NCBI GenBank assembly: GCA_965649825.1 | Contig: OZ287703.1 | Location: 925,722 to 989,721 of the forward strand | Direction: 5' to 3' | Length of the DNA: 64,000 nt | Origin: Penicillus capitatus | Taxonomy: Eukaryota; Plantae; Chlorophyta | In this document: positions 51,530 through 64,000 of the stretch, piece by piece | How positions within the stretch are numbered: position 1 is the stretch's first letter | Layout of the letters: every line of letters starts with the position of its first letter | Translations under genes and position numbers: made by a program | The notes under the pieces: model-generated | Databases searched by the model: none | What the model was told of the DNA's origin: nothing | The model's input: the letters and a program-made list of their open reading frames with translations, nothing else

Positions 51530-52080
51530 TCGCGTACCGACCGCGGAGCTATGCCTTTCTGTTCCTATAGGTATCCAAGCTGACGGTCGAGATACACGAT
51601 ATGCGGAAAGCCGACATTTACCACAGCATTCTGCAGCTGCTCTGTGAACATCACATGAACCGTGTGCAGAAATGTGCGTTAACCGTCGCTTGAGTGTACT
51701 CTCGATCAAACGTCGCGTGGTTCAGGTCTGTCCGTGTACACCGTCGAGGACGGTTCGAGCCAAGTGCAAGGGTTTTTTAGTCGAGCCATCGACGCCGTCA
51801 AGGTCATGTACGGCTACCGTTACGTGATAGAAGAAAACCCACCCGACGCTTCTCACCGAGAAAATGCTACCTCGGCCTCAAAGTGATGCATTCCGCAACG
51901 ACTGAAAAAACTTGCCGAGTGGCTGATACCCCGCATCGTTAGGGAATTTCAACTGGAGCAGATGCACAAGACCGTCGCGCTCTACAATCGACTCGGCGAC
52001 TACGCCAAAGACTGCGCTCGACGTATCCTGCAGCGAAATCTCGAACGCTTTGTCAGACAAAGGCGACGAAAGGCACAAGA

Positions 52081-53091
52081 ATGATTGGACAATTGCCGAA
52101 GGGCATCGGCTTTCTGGTGTTTTGCCATGCATTGACTGTTGTTGATGCAAAGCGTTTGACGCATTTCTCACCGAAACGACTGTGCCGCTCACGGGAGACG
52201 CGGAAGACACTCCGCCGCCATTGTCTCCTTGCCCTCGGACCGTTTCACTTATCGACCGACGCGCAGGACCTTTTACCCCGAAGCGACGCGGCTGTCCTCC
52301 AAGTCTCTTCTGCCGTTTGCGTCACGGCTGTTAATATGCGCCGTTCAGCGAACCGGAAACGCATCCCGTTAATTTACTTAAAGCCCTCCAGCCAGAATTC
52401 GACGAAAAGGAAGACGACATCGCCAAGCATGACTATCGTACTGTTACAGGTCGCCGCTTTCGAGAAGCTCTCGGAGGTCAAGATGCTGCAACGCTTTGCA
52501 GTTCGCACAGGCACAATGCGACTTCCGGGTACCTTCGTTTTGACAGAGAGCCTTTCAGGGTCGCAAGATTTTGACTGAGATCCGCAGGACGAAAAGAGCA
52601 AATGGTTCGACGAATATTTCGCCCAAACAGCTAAAGCATATTCTGGTCCGACTACCGCCGCCTCTTGGACTCGGGCACTATGCCAACAGCAACGACGTCC
52701 TGCGTTTCGTTTGCGGACAGGATATTCCAGTCATCGACAGACGCGTGCCGTTTCATAGGACAGCTTACGAACTGGTCCGTCGTTGCTGCGAGACAGTCAT
52801 GCCGCTGGGGGAATCAAAAATCAGCTCGACAAGCTCATCGAAAAATTCTTCAACGATCTTCTGGTCGATGCGACGCCCAACTTCAGCCAAGCGGTCCTCG
52901 TACCGAGACTGGAGCGAAGATGGAGAGCCCAACTCAATGCAAAGGTCCGACGTCACCTGGAAGCCAGGACAGAACGCATGGCCCTGCCTTCAGCCGAAGA
53001 GATCCACAACAGCGCTCCTCAGTTTCTCAAAGTGCGCCGCGCTCTTGACATCGTCGCCGAGTGTTTGCTGCAGCCGCATTCAGAACTTTGA
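52081..53091 (+). CDS. Hypothetical spliced protein
   Basis: Protein-like last exon (QLDKLIEKFFNDLLVDATPNFSQAVLVPRLERRWRAQL...) behind a plausible acceptor near 52758. 5' exons uncertain. Confidence 0.3.
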
Positions 53092-53198
53092 GCAGATGCG
53101 GAAACACGGCAAGTGTCGTTTCCGTCTCAACAGCAACGCAGCGAAGAAGCTGCTTTCTGTGTACGACGTAAGAGTTAGGAACCGAAGAGACTGACGGA

Positions 53199-54078
53199 AT
53201 GGTCACCGTCATCGTCTTGATGGTCACCATCTTGAATACGGCATTCAAAAGCGACGTGCGTTTGGATGTTCGTCTATCCATTTTAATGAGGTCCGCGTTT
53301 GCGCGTCAAGGAGGGTCGCAAATGAACACCGTGCAATATCAGGTCTCTGTTATCGGTACGTTGCTCACGATCACATGCGGTTCCGTTGTCGCCTTTGCGA
53401 ATCTTTGCTGGCTATAGAGAGACACGCCGCTAAAGGCGACGGATCATCGTCTACGAAATTCTGTGACAAATGGAAGACGAAACGACGCGAGGTCGGGACT
53501 CACGTCCTCTCATGGAAAGGCCTTCGACCTCGTCATGATGTACGGTTGGATGTGGACGATCGTGGTGCCTGTGACGGCCTAGAAGTGCAGCTCTCGATTG
53601 TCTTTGATTGGATTGCGGCACGGTTTTCAGGTCACCCTTTCTCGGATCAATGAACGCGGCGATCTCGTCGCTGGCACGTCGGAATTGCCAGCGGTCGATG
53701 CGCTGCGCAAGACGAATGAACTGGAGTGGCACACGCTCAAAAATAGGGAAGGCGTGCCGATTGGATATCTTCGACTCGCTGCGCGAAACGCATTTCGTTC
53801 TGGTCACACATCTCACTCTTTACAACTCTCTTAATCCAACTTCCGTATCTTGTATTTCAGGCGACGAAGAAATGGACGCTGTTACGCGAGAAGCGATAGC
53901 AAAGCTAATAGATCCGAAGACTCTACTGAACGTGATCGTGGTGAAGCAGCCACCCGTGCGTCTCCCGTGGTTCAAAGTGGCAGTTTCTTTTCTGGCGCTC
54001 GGCGCTGGCATTGCTTATCTGACCAAACCGAAGCGCACTTCGCCGGGTTTATTCTTAAAGGTATGGCTTTGCTGCTAA
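53199..54078 (+). CDS. Hypothetical protein with a C2-like beta region and a C-terminal membrane anchor
   Basis: LVAGTSELPAVDALRKTNELEWHTLKNREGVPIGYLRL recalls the end of a C2 domain. C-terminal WFKVAVSFLALGAGIAYL is hydrophobic and followed by basic residues. Confidence 0.35.
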
Positions 54079-54313
54079 GTTGCGAACGCTAAAGTCAAGC
54101 AGATCCACTGTTTTAGAAGTGAGTTCATTTTCCCAACGCTTGCCCGGCGACTGGATCGAAAAAATAAAAAGGCGTAGCTTAAGCTGCACCTTTAAGCGAA
54201 GTTCACACACGCGCCTGTTCGTTGTAACGATACCGGGCGCGTCTTTTATCTCTGTATTCAATCGGCATGTCATAGAGAGACCGTTGTCCGTCACTGTGTC
54301 AAAGAAACGACAC

Positions 54314-55606
54314 ATGTATCCCTCGCGTCACATCTTTGTCGCTTGTCCTTTCTTATCGCAGTCCGAATGGGACGACGCTTGGCCATCGACGGGACATCGC
54401 AGGTCGATTTTCCGTATCCGCTCGAAGGGACTGTATTTGTCGATAGCTCTGCCACCGTTTGAGCCGCAAACAGTATGTCGTCCTTCCGTCGTCGTTGACG
54501 CGAGACAGAGACACTCAACCTTCTCACGTAGTCGCTGTTCCCGCGGCCTTGTTATTTGAGTTGAGATTAGTCAGAAATCGAAGCCCACCTCAACGATCTC
54601 CTGCAGCGAGATCCTTCTGTGTTCCTCGAACGGTCCGTCTGAGGACGGTATTCATTTTGGCCAGCCTTTGAGCACAATGCAACAGATACGGCAAGGAACT
54701 GCAACAAGAAGAGCTGTGTCTGTTCGATCATCTATCTGGTAGGTGTCTTCCGTTTTCCGGCAACGTTTGTTTATTTGGATGGCATGGAGATGACTATGAA
54801 GTCGATTTCTACTTGAAGAAGCTGCGCAGTGGATCGGCAGTCGAGAACCGCGATGCTCTTGTCAAGAACAGAAGATTGGCGCATATGATGAAACTGGTGA
54901 CGATGTTCAGGGCCGATGACGGGCCATGAATTCTTGCTGTGTTTTGAGTTGGACGAAGGGGAGTACTTTGGAGACGCTAAGATGCGAGAAAGAGATCCTT
55001 TGCTATTCGAACAGTACATTGGCAGCGCCGCCGTTCCTGTGTTCAGACCCCGAAAGCTCTCGGAGACGATCCTCCAAAATGCAGAGGAGGAGGAAATCCG
55101 AGCCAGGAAACTCAAACCATATCTGCTCCCACGCCTCAAGAATGGAGATTTTTCTCTTCAGGCTAGCAGCGGCACAAGAAAAGGAACAGATGGGCGAAGA
55201 GGAAGAGGAATCGGAGGATGACGATCTCGGCGAGACGATCGAAGGTACCAAACATTATGCTCACGTTAGAGATCGCGGTTTTGCCCAGATCGCCCAGGTC
55301 CATCAGAGAACGCGCAGTTTATGGTATGGTCGTTGCGTACACGGTGAGTAGATCTTGTGCCGTTCGTGTAGAGGAATGAGTTTGAGGCGACGATGCGAGA
55401 GCGTTTTTTGTCGGGTCAGGATACGGACTACATCGACTATTCAGCCATCGACAAGTTAGCTTCGTGATAGCTTCGTTGTAATAAGTGATTTGCGACGGGT
55501 GTACTATTAGCGATGTGTTGCTTGATGATGATCTCCTGGATATTGCAAACAGAGACGAAGAAGACAAGTATTTCGCCGCGGATGACTCAGCAGCAGTTTG
55601 ACACAC
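54314..55606 (+). CDS. CCDC97: CCDC97 / DUF2052 family protein
   Basis: Spliced LLQRDPSVFLERYGKEL; DYEVDFYL; LVKNRRLA; EGEYFGDAKMRERDPLLFEQYIG; FLSGQD..IDYSAID; RDEEDKYF. Start approximate. Confidence 0.8.
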
Positions 55607-56072
55607 TTTGTCACACTTTATTTGTATGAGATACGCCTTGTGCTATCTGTCTGTCTTGCTGCCTTGCCTGTCGATCTGTGGCGTACGACTGCTAGCGTTT
55701 AAAGTCACTCTTCCTGACGGCGACAAGATATGAGGAAGCGTGGAGGAGATCATCACACACGAATCGTTATTCTCGACTTGCTCGCGCTGGACCACCGCTT
55801 TCGAGAACAATCGACTCTTTTAGGATATCGACCAGCTGGCTGGTTAGGAATTCGTCCTCTACGATGTTGAGACAGTCGAGTAGGAAAAAGCAAATCGTAT
55901 ATGCACGATAGTCGCCATCTGACAGTCGATCGCGCCCATCTTCGATCGTGACACTCATTTTTACTCTGTTGGCATTGATGCGTTCGTCTACGTTACCCGC
56001 ACATACGACGGGTTGAACCCTTCAGTCGAATAACAGATCTGTAGACAATATGAACGTCCAACCATCATGCGC

Positions 56073-56717
56073 AACCACCGGGAGTGGTTTATCGTCGGAA
56101 TAACCACCGCAGAGCGCTGACCATCGGTGGCGACCGGTGGCGGCTTTAAAACCAATCACTCAATAACCATAGGGCTGTGGTTAGCTAACATGACCCGAAG
56201 TTCGCAGCTGTTAGGTCTGGAGGTAAGCGAATTGTCAGAGATCGATGTAAAGACAGGTTCATCGTCGGGTCGATCCTCGCGCAACGAACGGACGGAAAGG
56301 CAATCCGATCTTCGAGATACGAACACGGGATGTTACAGGGAGGAATGTCAGCCTTAAATACACGGGGTGGTTAAGGACTTCCCAACCTTTGCACCTAACA
56401 GCTGGGAACTTTAGTACATGTCCGATAACCACAGCCCTAAGGTTATGAGGAAGTTAGCTCGGGAGCCGACATCCGTCGCGACCGATGGTTGGCGCGCCTT
56501 GATGGTTATGCTACGGCTCTACCACTTCCGGTGGTTACAAAACGACAGTTAGGAGCTACATCTCCCACACGAATCCTTAAGCATCAGGCGTACTTAAAGG
56601 CCGACATTCCATGTAAAACAACTCGTGTTCGTATCTTAACAATCCGATTGCGTTTCTGCCTGTTCGTTGCGCGAAGGGCGACTCGACTTCTAACGTATTG
56701 TTACATCGATCTCCGAC
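56073..56717. repeat. Two interleaved degenerate inverted repeats (B-rc, A-rc, B', A')
   Basis: Reverse complement of 56073-56216 vs 56393-56536: 103/144 identical, ungapped. Reverse complement of 56234-56361 vs 56590-56717: 73/97 identical over the ungapped 3' part. Counted by hand. Confidence 0.85.
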
Positions 56718-57004
56718 CAGATCACACACTTTGTTATACGCCGGACAGCAAAATTCACAAAACGCTCCTTTTAAGCAAAGAGTTAATAAATGATTACAGA
56801 AAACGTCGCAGCGCGTGCGAATCAGTAGCCGCCGCAATAGAACTTCACTTCTCAACCCCTATCGATAAGGTCTGCTGGTGTTGGCATTTATTCTGCCTTC
56901 GAAAAGATCCTCTCACGTTTCTGTACAAGCGGAATCATAGACTTCCCGAATCGGTGATGAGGTCTTATATGTACAGGTCGGGATTTCGCCATGCACCCAT
57001 GGAA

Positions 57005-58618
57005 TTAGACCAGAAAAGCATCGTCATCAAACGAACCGTTCTCGAAGCAAGACGGCTGCGTCTTCAATTCGATGATCAACTGAGGTGCCCTCTCTTTCAG
57101 CTCCCGCAAATGCTCTTTTACTCCCTCGGTCACACATCCATTCGCACACAACGAGAGTCGTTCCAGCCTTGTCATCACATTAAACGCCAGTAGAGGAATA
57201 ATCACCGTCTCATAGAGATCGGGATTGCTCACACACTTGATCTGAAGAATACGAAGATTTGGCAATACGTCAAGCCCGCTCATTCTATCTAATGATACAG
57301 TTGGACGTAGACGAAGAAAGAGAACCTCCAGGTTCTTCAGATGAGCGATCGTGTACAGAAGTGGCCCGTTATATAGTATGCCGCTCGGAACTTCGAGCAA
57401 ACGAAGTCTTGGCAACTCGTTTAAGTTACGGAGAAAGATGGACAATCCATGGGGGCGGTTGTCTATCCCAATGATCCCACGCCACTGTAAGCTCACGAGG
57501 TTTTTCATCTGATGCAAAAACGAAGAGGAACCGTCTTCTATCCAGCAATCATCAAGTCTTAGGCGCAGGAGACGATGCATCGTGCCCAAAACAGCTCTTC
57601 CACTGAAACGACAACTCCTGAGACAAAGGCTTTCCAATTGATCCAGAGCACGGAAAACCTCTCCAGAAATGGCTTCACTTTTTCCTCTGCAACACAATTT
57701 CAAAACCTTCAGCTGCTGAAAAATTTGAAGAAATCCTTGGTGGTGTTCAAGACATGACAGGTCATGAGACACTGCCAAGCTCTTCATGCGATTCAACGAT
57801 GCGATACGCTCCCAGACGACACCACCTCCGTGCACTGCTAGAGATGAGATCATCGCCGAAGGATCGGGCAATGCTTCAATCAATTGCATCGACTGCACAC
57901 CATGAAGCCTAACGGAGTCCAGTCTTCCAAGAAATGACAGATCTGCATTCGAGCTCAACAGATTTGCCTGCACCTCCAATCTGTTCACTGCAGAGAAGAC
58001 CCCAAGGACTTCCTTCAGCATATCCGAGGCGTCCCGCTGTGGCCATGACCGATAATTCCACGCCATATTCAAATGTGTGTCCCCATAGAGCTTCAGATTC
58101 TGATCTGAGTAGCAGTACAGCGAACGGAAGGTGTCGAACCTCGGCTGAAGATCCTTGGTGCCCAGACACCAGTGATAGAAGACGGACAAGGTTCTGTAGT
58201 TCATTTCCAGCTGCCGGAGATGGGACAGCTGAAACAAGACACCGATCGCTCTTTCTAGTTGTCGACCGAGCCACGGGGAGAGGTACATGACGGCGTTTTC
58301 TTCGAACGCTTCGGACGATGCATCGTCAGCGGGGTCAATGAGAAACGGCGAGATGTCGACGGAAGTTAGGCGCCGGAACTTGAGCAGGGACAAAATGTCT
58401 TCCTCCACGATCGTTCTCGTATGATGCGGACGGATAGACACGACGTTGTGGTTTACAGCATTCGACCAATGCTTGTTAAGAATTCTGAGCGAAGGTCCGT
58501 CGCATCGCCACCTCGAAGTGCGCTTGAGCACGTCGACCATTCTGTCGATGGTTGGCGCTGGGAGAGACGCCCAGTCGCGGAGGCGGCGTGACATAGAACG
58601 TGTCATGCGTGAAGACAT
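57005..58618 (-). CDS. Intronless F-box-like/leucine-rich repeat protein, about 537 aa
   Basis: N-terminal DWASLPAPTIDRMVDVL (F-box-like) followed by LxxLxxLxL repeats (LDQLESLCLRSC, LPRLRLLEVP, LPNLRILQI). Single uninterrupted ORF. Confidence 0.7.
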   Translation of the reverse strand: MSSRMTRSMSRRLRDWASLPAPTIDRMVDVLKRTSRWRCDGPSLRILNKHWSNAVNHNVVSIRPHHTRTIVEEDILSLLKFRRLTSVDISPFLIDPADDASSEAFEENAVMYLSPWLGRQLERAIGVLFQLSHLRQLEMNYRTLSVFYHWCLGTKDLQPRFDTFRSLYCYSDQNLKLYGDTHLNMAWNYRSWPQRDASDMLKEVLGVFSAVNRLEVQANLLSSNADLSFLGRLDSVRLHGVQSMQLIEALPDPSAMISSLAVHGGGVVWERIASLNRMKSLAVSHDLSCLEHHQGFLQIFQQLKVLKLCCRGKSEAISGEVFRALDQLESLCLRSCRFSGRAVLGTMHRLLRLRLDDCWIEDGSSSFLHQMKNLVSLQWRGIIGIDNRPHGLSIFLRNLNELPRLRLLEVPSGILYNGPLLYTIAHLKNLEVLFLRLRPTVSLDRMSGLDVLPNLRILQIKCVSNPDLYETVIIPLLAFNVMTRLERLSLCANGCVTEGVKEHLRELKERAPQLIIELKTQPSCFENGSFDDDAFLV

Positions 58619-60081
58619 AGTCGCGGAATGGGTACGGATCTGTCGGAAACTCTGAAACAGAAATTTACAAAAGACAAAAAACGTACTTAGCAACAATCAT
58701 ATGCACTGAATCGAGGTGACACGTTCATTTAAGCCAAATCAAATAACAAACATACGACACGATCACAATTGAGAACTGTCTCTCGGCGTCGCGATTCTGT
58801 TTTTTAGTATTTCAGACAACCGAACCGATGAGTCGCACTTCACGCACAGAGAGAAATGATCTGCGACAGATCGATTACGTCATGTCGTATCAGCCGAACA
58901 AACAGTGTTAAATCGAATACGTACCTTCGATATACGATCGGTCGTCGCCTGCGCAATGTGTCGTACAAATGACATCGGCAGACTGCCCTCCGAAACCACG
59001 TGAGAGGTAACGGTCACATCAAAGGATGCGACAACCAGCACGCACTGATATCTGTTCACGTCACTCTTCCACACCATGTGCTACTCATGTGTCGAAGGAA
59101 TGACAATTCTAAGCCGCTTCCATTCACTGAGATTATTTCTTATGTCCAACCTAGAACAACATCTCGGCCATCCCACACGCACCTCTTGCGCTTGCTTTGG
59201 CATCGAAGACAAACATGTGCTGTGCTTGTGTGGATCGTTTTTTGAAAACAGAAAGCATCTGCTCTTTGAACGCCTTACTCTGGACAGAGCTCGCCGAAAG
59301 CTACGACAGCAGCAACAGTGCTCGACCATTTGAAAACCCAGGATTTTGTGATGTGTCTCGGTGATTTGTGGTGGGAAAAGACAGACGTTGAGGTACAGCA
59401 GAAAGCGAGCCTGGATCACTTTGATTCTGTCTGTTTCGTTAACTTCATTGGACAAACAGAACGCTGGCTTGTCCTTACATCCCCCGGTATGTCATCTAGC
59501 CCAAAGAAAGGTGATCGAGCCAAGGTTTAGTGAGGTCAACTTCTTATGAGACAAAACACTTATCCGTCGATAGGAAGGTGATGTCATCTAAAGGTCGTGG
59601 TTAACAATTTCAAAATGTGAGTCCAAATGGGAATGATCGATTCGACTGTAAGATTCTCATTCTCGACTTGCATTTGGATGTTTTGTTTCAGACACATTCT
59701 AAATTCTTCGTAGGCGAAAATAAAGCACATCCATGTTCTAAGCCCTAAATGCCACTGGCGAAGGGCTTTAAGGAATCATTCACACACATCCATGTTATAG
59801 AGTAACTAAGAAGGCGATATCAGCTCCATCTTTTCGAAAGCATTGTTAATTCTTATTACCTGACGCAGGTGCATTCGTTACTGTTCGATTGCAAGAGGCC
59901 CAAATGTTTGACGCTTTCTTGGCAGAAGACTGCACACGCGACAGTCGTCAGATGTGTTCGATTAACTCATCAAACGGATTCCACGTTTATCGATTCGCTT
60001 TTTGCTACTGCATAGTCACAGCATATAATTTTGTGTAGTTAAGAAGACAAGCAGCCTGCTCTTGTCGCGCAGCCTGACACG

Positions 60082-64000
<3,919 letters not shown>

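Noticed and set aside
56073-56717. Hammerhead ribozyme / retrozyme
   Set aside because: No CTGANGA plus GAAA core with proper stems conserved in both copies.
56489-57193. 234-aa plus-strand ORF
   Set aside because: It starts at a non-ATG codon, spans the non-coding repeat whose partner copy does not keep the frame, and overlaps the LRR gene antisense.
59081-59455. Possible degenerate paralogue of the LRR gene (CCCC-containing ORF)
   Set aside because: Similarity is limited to a few short words and cannot be told from chance by eye.

Overview
Eukaryotic nuclear DNA from a compact genome with many 45-65 nt GT-AG introns and the standard genetic code. A green alga is inferred from the plant-type WDR82, NPF, CBM20 and mTERF genes; this was not confirmed by any search. 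Left to right: an AT-rich decayed region holding a TSD-flanked, ORF1-only non-LTR element (1316-3216); a cluster ABCC(-)/PLAC8(+)/ABCC(-)/PLAC8(+)/ABCC(+); a tight housekeeping block (spliced CBM20-mTERF fusion, WDR82, TBC Rab-GAP, RRP9, dolichol kinase, NPF transporter); a full-length TSD-flanked LINE (41373-46868); several hypothetical genes, CCDC97 and an intronless F-box-like/LRR gene; and a fourth ABCC running off the right edge. Best leads: the CBM20-mTERF fusion supported by three phase-0 introns; the ORF1-only element sharing ORF1 homology and a 3' stem-loop with the LINE; a non-coding pair of interleaved inverted repeats at 56073-56717; the co-duplicated ABCC+PLAC8 cassette with mosaic paralogues; and divergent genes whose start codons are only about 26 bp apart. 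All family calls come from motif recognition by eye.
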